A stretch of DNA of 64,000 nucleotides from Ignavibacteriota bacterium (GCA_963776275.1 CAVZMI010000021.1:1-64000), one strand, 5' to 3'. Positions 36,759 to 47,609 are shown, counted from the stretch's first letter. Made by a program: numbers and translations. The notes: generated by a model from the letters alone, not told the origin.

Positions 36759-39698
36759 ATGCGTCGGTCATCATTATTCTGGAGAGTCCTTGCCAATTTC
36801 GGCATTCTCCTGTTAGTTCTTTCGGCAATGACATTGTTGACGCTATACTACCTTAGTGAGATCGAAAGGAATTTTGGCGGTGCCGCGGCGGACACCAAAA
36901 CGATGATGAAGGTCGAATCGATTACAAAGCTTCTGACCGATGTTCTCTTTGATATCGATTTGTACGTCACTACCGGAACGGCTTCTTCTAGAAATGCCTA
37001 TGTTAAAGATGGAAGCAGGCTGGAGAATGAACTTCGTGAAATGGCACAGAACCCCTCCGACACAACAATAGCGCAACTCTTTAAAGATGCCTCTTGGTCG
37101 TTTTCAAAATGGCGCGAGTTTTATGCCGATAAAAAAATCATCCTTGCAGATCAAAAACATACAGGAATTTCCATAGATCGAGATCTTTTTACTCTCGAAG
37201 CTCAGGAATCACAGAATCTTTACCTGACACGACTCCGTTCTTCTCTCGGTGATGCTTCTCGCCGGTTATCACTTTCACAACTTCACAGTTTTGAGGGTGC
37301 AAGTTCACTTGGAGATAAGCTCGGAAAATTTATCGGCCTTGTGAATATTTTACTGGCAATCTTTGCTCTATTATTGGGATTTTTCCTGACAGCCTCAATT
37401 ACAACACCGGTTAAAATTCTCAAACAGGGTACTCAGAATATTATGAAGGGGGAATTTACGCCGATTGCCCTGAAACGATCTGACGAACTTGGCCAACTCG
37501 CTGTCGACTTCAACAAGATGTCGCAAATGCTCGGCAACAACTATACACGATTACAGGCGTACTCCGAACTTGTCACAGCACTCAACACACATGCCGAGAT
37601 GGCCGCAGTTGAATCGCGAAGTCTGACTCTCCTTTGCAGTCACATCCACGCATCGGTCGGAGCACTCTATTTACTGAACGACCCGGCAACGACCCTGAAT
37701 CTTGTAGCGGGTTACGCCCTGAAGAATCGAGAACATCAAGTAAAATCTTTCACTGTTGGCGAAGGTATCCCAGGCCAATGTGCTGCCGAGCAGCGTAGCA
37801 TTGAAGTAAAAAATCTTCCGACGAATACGGCATTCAGTATTGACACGGGACTGGTCGAAGTCCCTCCTCGCTTTATGCTTGCAGTCCCGATCATGTTTCA
37901 GGACCGTCTTCTTGGAGTGATTGTTGTTGGTTCAATGGAAGAATTTGGCGCTCTCCAGAAGGAAATCATCGATAACTCGGTTCCTCAAATTGGTGTTGCC
38001 ATTGCCAACGCACGTAACTATGAGGCTACACAGAAACTATCGATTGAAATTGCAAAGAAAAACGACGAACTAAATCAGAAACATGCCGAACTTGAAAAAG
38101 CATACCGGGTGAAATCCGATTTCCTCGCCAGCATGTCGCATGAACTTCGGACGCCGTTAAATTCCATTATCGGTTTTAGTTCTGTTCTCCTTGAGCCAAA
38201 TAACGAGCCCCTTACATCCGACCAGGGAAAAGCAATCGAGAAAATCCTGAAAAACGGTAAACATCTTCTGCAGTTAATCAACGATATACTTGATCTCTCG
38301 AAGATAGAAGCCGGGAGGATGACGGTAGGCGTCGATACAGAAACGGTTGATAATATCGTCGCGAGTTCTATGCTTACTGTCGAATCTCTGATCAGAGCAA
38401 AAAACCTTTCATTGAAGCAACATATTCAAACCGGCATTCCTGCATTGAATACCGATAGCCTGAAGGTTAAACAGATTCTGGTCAATCTTTTAAGCAATGC
38501 GACGAAGTTTACCGAAACAGGCGAAATTTCCTTGTCCGTAAAATATGCCGATGATGCCCTTTCATTCGCCGTCAAAGATACAGGGATTGGAATTGATCGT
38601 AAGAACCTTGAACGAATCTTTGAAGAATTTCAGCAAATCGACAGTAGCACGACGCGCAAATATTCGGGTACGGGACTCGGACTACCAATTGCCCGCCGTC
38701 TTGCCCGAATGCTTGGGGGAGATCTAACTGTCGAGAGTGAATTCGGGAGAGGATCGATATTCACTCTTTCCATTCCACCCGTATATAGAGGAGAAGAAGA
38801 GATTAAAAAAGAGCCGGTGCTAGCAGAACAGCCACTACAGGAAAAGCAGGCAGAACAGGTACAGCAGGAAAAGCAGCCACAGCAGGCAAAGCAGCCGCAG
38901 CTACCACCCCAGCCACCGCCACCTGCTAAAAAAGAAGAGGCGGTTCCATCTGCTCAACCCCAGGCTCAGGGAATACCGGTACTCTGTATTGATGATGACC
39001 CGGATGTTATCGATATTCTTCGGGGATATCTTGCACCTGAAGGATACTCGGTACTCAAGGCACTCTCCGGTGATGAGGGGATTGCTATTGCCGCAAAGGC
39101 GAGACCTGGATTAATTACACTCGACATTATGATGCCCAACAAGGATGGTTGGCAGGTACTTAGAGAATTGAAGCAAAATCCCCTTACACGCGATATCCCG
39201 GTTCTGATCCATTCGATTATCGACAATAAGCCTCTTGCCCTTTCGCTTGGTGCTGCCGATGTTATTCCAAAACCCACTGATCAAAAACGCTTAATCTCAC
39301 TCGTAAAGACCCATTACAGATCGTTAAAACCGTTCGTTTTGATTATCGATACAAATCCCGGATTTATTGCAACAGCACAGGGTGTTATGGAGTCTGCAGG
39401 ATTTCTCCAAAAAAATGTCGCCAGCAGTAAGGAAGCTCTCGCCATTATTGAGAAATCGACACCGGCGGTTATCTTTTTCGATCCTCTTATTCTGGAAGCA
39501 GATGGATTTCAACTTGCTCAGCGATTCAAATTAAACGAGCGTTGGCGTATGATTCCTATCGTCATTCTCTCCGTAAAACCGACTACTAAAAAAGTATGGG
39601 AACAATGGAACTTAAACATAAAAGGTTACATGTCGAAAGAAGCGGCATCGCCCGAGACCATCGTAACAATCATCAAGCGTTCACTCCGTCCGTCATAG
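36759..39698 (+). CDS. Hybrid sensor histidine kinase (TM sensor-HAMP-GAF-HisKA-HATPase-2xREC)
   Basis: MSHELRTPLN, NLLSNATKF, DTGIGI, GTGLGL, receiver DIMMP and a degenerate second receiver. Confidence 0.95.
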   Translation: MRRSSLFWRVLANFGILLLVLSAMTLLTLYYLSEIERNFGGAAADTKTMMKVESITKLLTDVLFDIDLYVTTGTASSRNAYVKDGSRLENELREMAQNPSDTTIAQLFKDASWSFSKWREFYADKKIILADQKHTGISIDRDLFTLEAQESQNLYLTRLRSSLGDASRRLSLSQLHSFEGASSLGDKLGKFIGLVNILLAIFALLLGFFLTASITTPVKILKQGTQNIMKGEFTPIALKRSDELGQLAVDFNKMSQMLGNNYTRLQAYSELVTALNTHAEMAAVESRSLTLLCSHIHASVGALYLLNDPATTLNLVAGYALKNREHQVKSFTVGEGIPGQCAAEQRSIEVKNLPTNTAFSIDTGLVEVPPRFMLAVPIMFQDRLLGVIVVGSMEEFGALQKEIIDNSVPQIGVAIANARNYEATQKLSIEIAKKNDELNQKHAELEKAYRVKSDFLASMSHELRTPLNSIIGFSSVLLEPNNEPLTSDQGKAIEKILKNGKHLLQLINDILDLSKIEAGRMTVGVDTETVDNIVASSMLTVESLIRAKNLSLKQHIQTGIPALNTDSLKVKQILVNLLSNATKFTETGEISLSVKYADDALSFAVKDTGIGIDRKNLERIFEEFQQIDSSTTRKYSGTGLGLPIARRLARMLGGDLTVESEFGRGSIFTLSIPPVYRGEEEIKKEPVLAEQPLQEKQAEQVQQEKQPQQAKQPQLPPQPPPPAKKEEAVPSAQPQAQGIPVLCIDDDPDVIDILRGYLAPEGYSVLKALSGDEGIAIAAKARPGLITLDIMMPNKDGWQVLRELKQNPLTRDIPVLIHSIIDNKPLALSLGAADVIPKPTDQKRLISLVKTHYRSLKPFVLIIDTNPGFIATAQGVMESAGFLQKNVASSKEALAIIEKSTPAVIFFDPLILEADGFQLAQRFKLNERWRMIPIVILSVKPTTKKVWEQWNLNIKGYMSKEAASPETIVTIIKRSLRPS

Positions 39699-39725
39699 CG
39701 TCCGGAGTAGCTACATGAGGAATAC

Positions 39726-40844
39726 ATGAACGAATATATAGCGACCATACTCGTCGTCGACGATACTGAGGATAATCTCGATCTGCTCGAATTCGCGATG
39801 AAACACAAACCGGTGAAAATGTTTCGCGCAACAAGCGGGATGGAGTGCCTTGCAATAGCTGAGAGTGTTCGGCCGGATGTTATTCTTCTAGATATTCAAA
39901 TGCCTGAGATGGATGGATTTGAAACGTTTCGGCGGCTTCGGGCAAAACCATCGACCGCAAAGATTCCTGTTATCTTTTTAACAGCCCAACGGAAAGATCC
40001 CGGGAGTATAGCGACAGGACTCGAGATCGGGGCGGATGAGTATCTCACGAAACCGATCGACACAGAAGAACTTCTTGTCCGCACCCGCATGCTTATACGT
40101 TTAAAACGGGCCGAAGCGGCAATTGAACGGACAAGGGCCGACTTTATGGCGATGCTTGTTCATGATCTCAGGAGTCCGCTTTCCGGAATAAAGAGTGTCA
40201 TTGATTTCTTTACCGATCTCAAAGGTCAGGAAGTGACGCTCACGCCTGAATATTTTCAGCTTTTAGAATCGGGACGAGACGCCGCTGGGAGAATGCTTGA
40301 ACTGATTAATAACTTGCTGGGCCTGTCAAAATTCGAAGCGGGAAACATGGCTCTTGACAAAAAATCCGTCATTGTCAGCCAGCTCATTGATGCTGTTGTC
40401 CATGAAGTCCTTCCGCAGTATCAACAAAGAAGGATATCCCTCACGCAACAAACACAACCGGACTTGCCAATTATCGAAATTGATTTACTAAAAATAAGTC
40501 AGGTACTGATGAATCTCCTGAGTAACGCATTAAAATTCACACGATCAGGAGGAAGCGTCGAAGTCAGCGCTCGACAAATCCAGATGCCTCCCGGTGAAAA
40601 ACCTGCTATTTGTTTCAGCATAACAGACAACGGTATTGGAATCGGAAAAGAAGAACTCCCTTATGTCTTTGACCGATACAAACAGGCATCATCGGCACAG
40701 GTGACTAAGACTAAAGGAACCGGATTGGGACTCGCAATCTGTAAACTTGTTGTGGAAGCCCACGGAGGGATGGTATATGCAGAAAGTGAACCCGGAGTTC
40801 GAACAACCTTTTCGTTTACTTTGCCGATAACATCAACTATCTGA
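39726..40844 (+). CDS. Receiver-histidine kinase hybrid
   Basis: N-terminal REC (DIQMP); VHDLRSPL, NALKF, GTGLGL. Confidence 0.95.
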   Translation: MNEYIATILVVDDTEDNLDLLEFAMKHKPVKMFRATSGMECLAIAESVRPDVILLDIQMPEMDGFETFRRLRAKPSTAKIPVIFLTAQRKDPGSIATGLEIGADEYLTKPIDTEELLVRTRMLIRLKRAEAAIERTRADFMAMLVHDLRSPLSGIKSVIDFFTDLKGQEVTLTPEYFQLLESGRDAAGRMLELINNLLGLSKFEAGNMALDKKSVIVSQLIDAVVHEVLPQYQQRRISLTQQTQPDLPIIEIDLLKISQVLMNLLSNALKFTRSGGSVEVSARQIQMPPGEKPAICFSITDNGIGIGKEELPYVFDRYKQASSAQVTKTKGTGLGLAICKLVVEAHGGMVYAESEPGVRTTFSFTLPITSTI

Positions 40845-40969
40845 AAGGGACTCTAATTCCTGTGAGACCGGAGGATATACCAATAAAGAATCCATCACAT
40901 AGGAAATACATCATAACAACGATACTGATGATCATAAAGCTTTCGAACAACGAATGAATTGTCTCCGAC

Positions 40970-41734
40970 ATGGAAAGCCGAGCGACAGACATGACAAATG
41001 ACACACAGCGTAAAACTCTTCGAATTGCATATCAATTTAGATTTGCTGATGATTCCGTAAAGAAATTCGAGATCCGTCTCGATGCATTGACACTCGAGCT
41101 TATCTCTGATTCACAAGTAACACCGCCTTATTGGACAAAACTCTCATTCCATCCGTGTGAGAACTGCCCACTCCCCCCGACAACAGAATATTGTCCTATA
41201 GCTGTGAATCTCGCGCGACTGATTGATGAATTCCGTGATTCGATCTCTTACGAACGGACAACGGTGACCGTCGAAGTACCCGAAAGAATCTACATGAAAG
41301 AGACAATGATCCAGAAAGCTCTCAGTTCTATCATTGGTATCTATATGCCGACGAGTAATTGTCCAATCATGGATAAGCTTCGACCGATGGTCCGATTTCA
41401 TTTACCCTTCCAGAGCTCGGCAGAATCACTTTATCGCACTGTATCGGCATATCTCACGGCCCAGTTTTTTCTTATGCGTGACGGAAAAGAACCCGATTGG
41501 AAATTACATCAATTGGTAGAAATTTATAGGGAAATTTCTTTTGTCAATAAGGGGATGTGGCAACGAGTTTCTGCAGCTTCTGAAAAAGATGCAAACACAA
41601 ATGCAGTCGTCATCCTCCACTCCATCGGAGATTCCGTCCCGTATTTCATTGAACACGGACTTGACGAAATTGAATATTTGTTTTCCGTTTTCACCGAAAA
41701 GAAGTACACGAAAACGGACGAGGAGCTTCAGTAA
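40970..41734 (+). CDS. Cys-rich conserved hypothetical protein (DUF6901-like)
   Basis: WTKLSFHPCENCPL...CP, SNCP..LRPMVRFHLPF; family name recalled, not searched. Confidence 0.65.
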   Translation: MESRATDMTNDTQRKTLRIAYQFRFADDSVKKFEIRLDALTLELISDSQVTPPYWTKLSFHPCENCPLPPTTEYCPIAVNLARLIDEFRDSISYERTTVTVEVPERIYMKETMIQKALSSIIGIYMPTSNCPIMDKLRPMVRFHLPFQSSAESLYRTVSAYLTAQFFLMRDGKEPDWKLHQLVEIYREISFVNKGMWQRVSAASEKDANTNAVVILHSIGDSVPYFIEHGLDEIEYLFSVFTEKKYTKTDEELQ

Positions 41735-41995
41735 AAATTCCCTTACATCAATTCATTACCACCCTGACATATTTTCGATAAGCATAGTATTACCATGTTG
41801 GCACGATTATTATGCCTATTGAAGCAGAGAGAAATGGCATTGTATAGAGGAAATTTTAGACATATGGATATACAACAATGGTGTTTTTTTTGTTATTGGA
41901 ACAATCGTCGTTTCAATACTGATTGAATACTATTTGCATTCAAAGTTGTTTTTCTTTAGTTTCCTATCTGATCCACACTATCTCGAGGTATTTCG

Positions 41996-42823
41996 ATGAC
42001 GAAGCCCGATATAAAAGTCATGGTCGCAGTACCGACATTCCTGTCGGTGTTCCACACCGCTTTGTGTGAACATCTCAAGAAATTACTTAAGACGGAGGAA
42101 ATAGTACTCCGATCAGTGACCGATGACCCTGATGAGCAGAAGGAGCGTTTGAATCGGTTCCTGGTACAGGCAAATCCCACCGCTTTGATCGCAATTAGTG
42201 TACGGCCTGATTCCGAAACGATCGCTGCCTACACCGCAGCAGGAGTTCCCATCGTGCTGATAGACGAAGAGACAGCAGGCGTATCGACAATTACAACCGA
42301 CAATGTCACGGGGGGACGACTCGCCGGAGAGTACCTGATCGGGAAAGGCAGGAAGAGGATTGCAATTGTTTCTGGAAGAACGAAAGTGAAGGGCGGCTAC
42401 AACGCGGAGCAAAGGCTCAAGGGATTTCAACAGGCTCTGAGCGTCAATGGGCTTTCTATACCGCCCGGGTGCGCCATCGAAGTTCCTAACTACTCTCGCG
42501 AGGACGGCGTCGAGGTAATGCCGAAGCTATTGGAAAAAGAGATCGATGCCGTCTTTTGCGCAGCAGGTGACAACTGCGCGCTCGGTTTACTCTCGGTCGC
42601 TAGAGAGCGGGGCGTGCTGATACCCGATGACGTCGCAATCATCGGCTTCGACGACCTGCTCATAGCCCAGGTTTCGACTCCCCCACTCACTACCATCAAG
42701 CAGCCTTTATCGGATATGGCCTATGCCGCAAACAAGATGGCCGTGACCGACAGAACCGAAATTCTCCGCAAGCCTCAGCATGTAGTATTCAATCCCGAAA
42801 TCGTGGTTCGCCAATCGGCATGA
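41996..42823 (+). CDS. LacI-type ligand-binding domain protein lacking the HTH
   Basis: TDNVTGG, GRKRIA, IPDDVAIIGFDD, PPLTTIKQP; no N-terminal HTH. Confidence 0.85.
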   Translation: MTKPDIKVMVAVPTFLSVFHTALCEHLKKLLKTEEIVLRSVTDDPDEQKERLNRFLVQANPTALIAISVRPDSETIAAYTAAGVPIVLIDEETAGVSTITTDNVTGGRLAGEYLIGKGRKRIAIVSGRTKVKGGYNAEQRLKGFQQALSVNGLSIPPGCAIEVPNYSREDGVEVMPKLLEKEIDAVFCAAGDNCALGLLSVARERGVLIPDDVAIIGFDDLLIAQVSTPPLTTIKQPLSDMAYAANKMAVTDRTEILRKPQHVVFNPEIVVRQSA

Positions 42824-42841
42824 AACGATTACGCATGCGTC

Positions 42842-42879
42842 ATGCGGGGGAGGCGTTGCATGCAACGCCTCCCCCGCAT
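42842..42879. repeat. Perfect 38-bp palindrome (REP-like)
   Basis: atgcgggggaggcgttgca|tgcaacgcctcccccgcat; partial copy ttgcatgcaacgcct at 42972-42986. Confidence 0.85.
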
Positions 42880-43253
42880 AAGAATTCTTGCATTTACATT
42901 GCTGCAGATGCCTTCCAATCACCACCAATCTATTTATATATGTCATAATTGGGTTACTGTGGAAGTAACTATTGCATGCAACGCCTACCCGATGCTTTTC
43001 AAAAGATCCCTTAGACTCTTCAGTGAATGATTTCTTCTGAAGGTGCTCTTTTTGATCCTTGATATCGCTATACATCGTTGAAACTCAAATTGCTCAGGAC
43101 TTAAATTTAATCGAAGTTGGGTTATAATTATCACTCTTAGCTATGAACTTCTACCGTACTCGTCGTGTGATCGAATTCCCTCGGAGTGGGATGAGCGAGT
43201 CAAAGGGGTGCTCTACGAATCGGTTCTTTCAGACAGGGTGACATTAATTATTC

Positions 43254-44309
43254 TTACTTCACAAACCAATGTTTCGTCCGGTTACAGAACGAACACACAG
43301 AGAGCATCACCGGAACCTCAACCAACACACCTACGACAGTCACAAGCGCTGCACCCGAACCTGGACCGAATAGTGCAATCGCTGTAGCCACCGCAAGCTC
43401 GAAGAAATTGCTGGCGCCAATTAACGCTCCCGGTGCTGCAATATTATGCGGGACTTTAAAAAATTTCATCAGACCATACGCGAGCGCCGAATTGAAATAG
43501 ACCTGTATTAAAAGCGGAATGGCGATCAACAGAACATGAAGTGATCGACCTGTGATGTTTTCCGCCTGAAAGGCGAAGATAAAAACAAGTGTCGTTAGAA
43601 GAGCAATAATCGTAATCGGATGGAACAATCTCACATAGGTTCCTTCGTACCACTCAAGACCTTTAAATTTTATCAGTACAATACGACTGAGTGAACCGAG
43701 AGCAAGTGGTATGACAATAAAAATCAAAACGCTATAAAGAAGAACGTGGAAAGGAACCGTCAGTGAACTCGCACCGCTGACTAATAAGCTCACAATCGGA
43801 GCAAATAAAACAAGCATTATCAAGTCGTTGACAGAAACCTGTACGAGCGTATATGCCGGATCGCCATCGGTAAGGTACGACCAGACAAACACCATTGCGG
43901 TACATGGAGCCGCCGCAAGAATAATCGCACCGGCAATATATTGATCGGCAAGTTCGGCACCGATCAGCGGAAAGAATAAATGTTTGAAGAAAATCCAGGC
44001 GATCAACGCCATTGAAAACGGCTTCACCATCCAGTTGACTAACAGTGTAACGAGAAGTCCTTTCGGTTTTTTCCGAACATTGAAGATACTCGTAAAATCA
44101 ATCTTCAGCATCATCGGATAGATCATCAGCCAGATCAGCACGGCGATCGGGGCGTTGATCTGGCTTCCCTCGCCAAATTCCCAGCTACGTAAAAGATCGG
44201 TGAGTCCGGGAAAAAATGATCCAAGGAGAATTCCACCGATCATACAGAGAGCGACCCAGATCGTCAGGTATCGCTCGAAAAAAGAGAGTCGTTTTTTAGT
44301 GGTTTCCAT
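43254..44309 (-). CDS. acr3: Acr3 family arsenite efflux transporter
   Basis: LIWLMIYPMM, AAAPCTAMVFVW, GASNFFELAVA, LVEVPVML. Confidence 0.95.
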   Translation of the reverse strand: METTKKRLSFFERYLTIWVALCMIGGILLGSFFPGLTDLLRSWEFGEGSQINAPIAVLIWLMIYPMMLKIDFTSIFNVRKKPKGLLVTLLVNWMVKPFSMALIAWIFFKHLFFPLIGAELADQYIAGAIILAAAPCTAMVFVWSYLTDGDPAYTLVQVSVNDLIMLVLFAPIVSLLVSGASSLTVPFHVLLYSVLIFIVIPLALGSLSRIVLIKFKGLEWYEGTYVRLFHPITIIALLTTLVFIFAFQAENITGRSLHVLLIAIPLLIQVYFNSALAYGLMKFFKVPHNIAAPGALIGASNFFELAVATAIALFGPGSGAALVTVVGVLVEVPVMLSVCSFCNRTKHWFVK

Positions 44310-44312
44310 CGA

Positions 44313-44738
44313 CTATTCCCGAGTGAGTTCTCTCTTATAGAATTCGAGCATCCTTTTACGGATTTGATCACGAACACGGCGAAATACTTTGAGAATTTCC
44401 TCTTCATTTCCCTTTGCGTTTGCCGGATCCTCGAAGCCGATATGAAGCCTTTTCCCGACTCTGCCTGTAAACATCGGACATGTCTCTCGAGCATTATCAC
44501 AAACAGTGATCACATAATCGAATGAATCTGCAAGATATTGATCGACGTTTTTAGTACTGTTGGAGTTGATATCAATCCCGACTTCATTCATGACTTTAAT
44601 AGCAGCATGATGCACGCGATCGGCAGGTCTAGTGCCTGCGGAATGGACTTCCAACCTTGGATCGAATGATTTCAGAAATGCCTCGGCCATTTGGCTCCGG
44701 CTGGAATTACCGGTACAGAGAATAAGGACTTTTGTCAT
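44313..44738 (-). CDS. arsC: Thioredoxin-coupled arsenate reductase (LMW-PTP fold)
   Basis: CTGNSSRS P-loop, VITVCDNARETCP, FEDP. Confidence 0.92.
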   Translation of the reverse strand: MTKVLILCTGNSSRSQMAEAFLKSFDPRLEVHSAGTRPADRVHHAAIKVMNEVGIDINSNSTKNVDQYLADSFDYVITVCDNARETCPMFTGRVGKRLHIGFEDPANAKGNEEEILKVFRRVRDQIRKRMLEFYKRELTRE

Positions 44739-45166
44739 AGCATAAGCTCCATACATGTTGCCGATTTTGGGCATGCGCCGGTGAATTCTGCAGATGAAGT
44801 TACCGGTCCTTGAACCATGTCTTTGTCAATTACGAGAAATCCTTTTTGCGCGAAATAATCCGCCGCAGTGGTTGTAAGTAGAATAAGCCTCTTTATATCA
44901 ATACTCTTAGCAAATGTAACAAGCGTTTGATATAATTGTTTCCCGATACCCTGACGTTGAAGTTCTTTTTGCACCACTGCTGAACGGAGAAGTCCGATAT
45001 CTCCATAGATTTCCATACCAATCGCACCGATAACATTCCCTCCATACTCGGCAACAAAGAAGTTTTCGAAATGCTGTTCGACGCAGGCTTTCGGCAGTGA
45101 AGATTCATCGAGTAATTGCATCACTACCGGGAGATCTTCTTTTCGAGCTTTTCTGATGGTAGTCAT
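44735..45166 (-). CDS. GNAT acetyltransferase, ArsN2-like
   Basis: GLLRSAVV, QRQGIG, LLTTTAADYF, EFTGACPKSATCM; located in the ars operon. Confidence 0.85.
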   Translation of the reverse strand: MTTIRKARKEDLPVVMQLLDESSLPKACVEQHFENFFVAEYGGNVIGAIGMEIYGDIGLLRSAVVQKELQRQGIGKQLYQTLVTFAKSIDIKRLILLTTTAADYFAQKGFLVIDKDMVQGPVTSSAEFTGACPKSATCMELML

Positions 45167-45340
45167 ATTGATAAAAAGAAAATACCACGGCAACTATTTT
45201 GCTCTCTGGTGGTACTGTGCTCCCTTATCAAAATCAAAATTAATTATAGGAGCACTGCCACAGAGGCCACGGAGATCGTCCGAACAACCAACATGAGAGT
45301 ACGCAGTGTTTGAATGGCCTTTAAATTTTTTCAGTGAACA

Positions 45341-46090
45341 TTATTTACTTGCTTTGACCGTGATACTGAATGGTACGAACGGCGTTCCTTCGGGAACCGG
45401 GAAGGACCGGCTCATCTACGACCGAGATGTTTAAAAATCCAGCATCACCGATAATCTCCAGATACTCTGATCTCTCCAAAGCGCCTGATACGCAGGATGC
45501 CCAGAGCTCGAGATCCTGCCGGTCTTCTCGTTCATTTCGCCGGTATAGACGATATCGGAAACGGTGAATGAACCGCCTTTCCTGAGCACACGAAATATTT
45601 CCGAGAACGCTTTCCGTTTATCGGGAACGAGGTTGATCACACAATTGCTGATCACATGATCGATAGATTCGGAATCGACCGGCATTTGTTCGATCTCGCC
45701 TTTGCGAAATTCGGTGTTTACGATGCCGAGTTTTTGTTGGTTTTTATTTGCCAGAACAAGCATTTCATCAGTCATATCCAGTCCGATCGCTTTTCCGGTC
45801 GGCCCCACTTCACGGGCGGCAAGGAATACATCGATTCCGGCGCCGGAGCCGAGATCGAGGACTGTCATTCCCGGCTTCAAATCGCTGAATTCCGCCGGTG
45901 TCCCGCAGCCGAGTCCCAGATTAGCTTCACGGACAATGTCTGTATCAGCATTTTGATACAAATCCTTTATTGCTCCCGATGAATTCTGATCATCCTCACA
46001 TCCACAACTGCAGCCGCATTTCTTACCAGCAGTTTGCGCAATTTTACCGTAGAGTTCGCGCACAGCCTGTTTTCGATTGTCGTATGTCAT
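45341..46090 (-). CDS. arsM: Arsenite S-adenosylmethionine methyltransferase, frameshifted in the C-terminal part
   Basis: LGLGCGTP, LDLGSGAGID, ISNCVINL; LWASCVSGA and SITVKASK-stop continue in other frames. Confidence 0.9.
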
Positions 46091-46464
46091 TTGTTCCCCC
46101 TTTTATCAGATATATTTTGTAAAGAACAACATTTTTTCCGTCGTAACCAGTCTTCGCCTCTTTTCAAATCTCCCCGCATTGTAACATTATGCTCAAGAAT
46201 TTTTGAAATACAATTCAGCAGCATCTGTGCTTCCTTTTGTTTCGGCATCAGGACGGAGTAATGCTTCCAGAGGCCTTCGCGGCGGGTTTTCACAAGGCCG
46301 ACACGTCTCAGGTACGACAGATGGCGCGATGTCTTGGTCTGTGTAAACTCCGTTGCCGCCTCGATATCGCACACGCAGAGCTCCCCCCGTCGAAGAAGCA
46401 GCGCGAGAATCCGCAGGCGCGATTCATCGGACAACGCTTTTAAGATATGTGCAAGGTGATGCAT
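46087..46464 (-). CDS. arsR: ArsR/SmtB family repressor
   Basis: KALSDESRLRIL, ELCVCDI, SRHL, C-terminal CC. Confidence 0.92.
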   Translation of the reverse strand: MHHLAHILKALSDESRLRILALLLRRGELCVCDIEAATEFTQTKTSRHLSYLRRVGLVKTRREGLWKHYSVLMPKQKEAQMLLNCISKILEHNVTMRGDLKRGEDWLRRKKCCSLQNISDKRGNK

Positions 46465-46487
46465 CGTGTTTTCCTTTCATATTCTAC

Positions 46488-46509
46488 TATATTTGCATAA
46501 ACGAATATA
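46488..46509. promoter_or_regulatory. Putative ArsR operator 1
   Basis: tatatttgcataaacgaatata, imperfect palindrome upstream of arsR; 20/22 identical to 49561-49582. Confidence 0.7.
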
Positions 46510-46637
46510 ATAAAGAAATGTTACATCCACAAGAAATGATAGCTTCCATTAATAATTTTCCCAATTTAAAATAAGGGGTCTGAAGCCGTGCTGCCGAGTG
46601 ATTCAACCACCACTTATGAAACCTACTGATTTTATTG

Positions 46638-46901
46638 TCATGTTTGTTTTGGCATTTGTTTCTTACAGAATTGTCTATACTCAAGGAAGAGAGCATCTTT
46701 GTATATTTCCTCCATGTTTTGTGTGATGTAGTTTCCAAATCCCTTCGCGAGCATGAGGAGCTTCAATTTCACGTCTTCCTCGTTTGAAAATTTGGAGGCA
46801 TAAACACTCTTGAAAATCTCTTCCAAACCGACAATTCCGGATTCGGAGTTGCCGACTTTGATGATTCTCGCAATTGGTTTTGCACAACATGACCGTGCCA
46901 T
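46638..46901 (-). CDS. Small hypothetical protein with N-terminal vicinal Cys pair
   Basis: MARSCC...GIVGLEEIF...NYI...YKDALFLEY. Confidence 0.7.
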   Translation of the reverse strand: MARSCCAKPIARIIKVGNSESGIVGLEEIFKSVYASKFSNEEDVKLKLLMLAKGFGNYITQNMEEIYKDALFLEYRQFCKKQMPKQT

Positions 46902-46904
46902 ATG

Positions 46905-47606
46905 TCAGAAAGCGTTGTAGATGTAATACACACCTGCCAGGATAACGAGAACCCCTGCACCTCGCTTAAGGTACGTCGCACCCCTCGACTGTTCTGTCCA
47001 GTTGAGATACTTCTGTACGGTTCCTGCAGCACCTCCGGCTCCCACAATCACCGCACAATGGCCTACTCCAAAGGCGGCGATAAGAGAGAGCGCCTGAAAC
47101 AGGTTTTTGGTTGCCACGCTGAACACCACTCCGAGCACCGGTGCCAAATAGGCGAACGTGCACGGACCAAGTCCAATGCCGAATATGAGTCCCAACAGCA
47201 ACGCCCCTTTCCACCCGCGAGTAAATGATGTACGCGGGACAAACCCACCCCATGAGAGTTTGATGACGTCCATAAGGTAGAGACCGACGACGAAAAACAC
47301 TCCGGCTACAATGATGTTGCCCCATATGCCAACGTCCCCCATCATCCTGCCGGCATAGGCGGTGATCGCTCCAATCAATCCGATCGTAATGAGAATTCCG
47401 ATACCGAATACGAAAGAGAGCGAGTACGAGCGCTTCACGCCTTCCTGTCCCTGACTGCTGATGTAACCGATAACGAGCGGAATACTTGATAGATGACATG
47501 GACTGAGAATGATGCTGATGACCCCCCATCCAAAAGCGGCAAAGAGAGCGATTTCAAATTGTTCGTTCATGGCCGTAGTGAGCCAGGTGAAAAGATTATC
47601 GAGCAT
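46905..47606 (-). CDS. CcdA/DsbD-type thiol-disulfide transporter
   Basis: ILSPCHLSSIP and LGPCT motifs; about 6 TM. Confidence 0.9.
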   Translation of the reverse strand: MLDNLFTWLTTAMNEQFEIALFAAFGWGVISIILSPCHLSSIPLVIGYISSQGQEGVKRSYSLSFVFGIGILITIGLIGAITAYAGRMMGDVGIWGNIIVAGVFFVVGLYLMDVIKLSWGGFVPRTSFTRGWKGALLLGLIFGIGLGPCTFAYLAPVLGVVFSVATKNLFQALSLIAAFGVGHCAVIVGAGGAAGTVQKYLNWTEQSRGATYLKRGAGVLVILAGVYYIYNAF

Positions 47607-47609
47607 GTG

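Noticed and set aside
38820-38930. Q/P-rich repeats in the hybrid kinase
   Set aside because: Ordinary low-complexity interdomain linker
41798-41816. Sigma54 promoter (ttggcacgattattatgc)
   Set aside because: Good -24 box but GC is not at the required GG-N10-GC spacing; same problem for tggcactagtatgat at 36541
44313-44738. Inactive ArsC because the P-loop reads CTGNSSR rather than CTGNSCR
   Set aside because: The nucleophilic Cys and the two resolving Cys (VCDNARETCP) are present; the second P-loop Cys is not part of the catalytic triad
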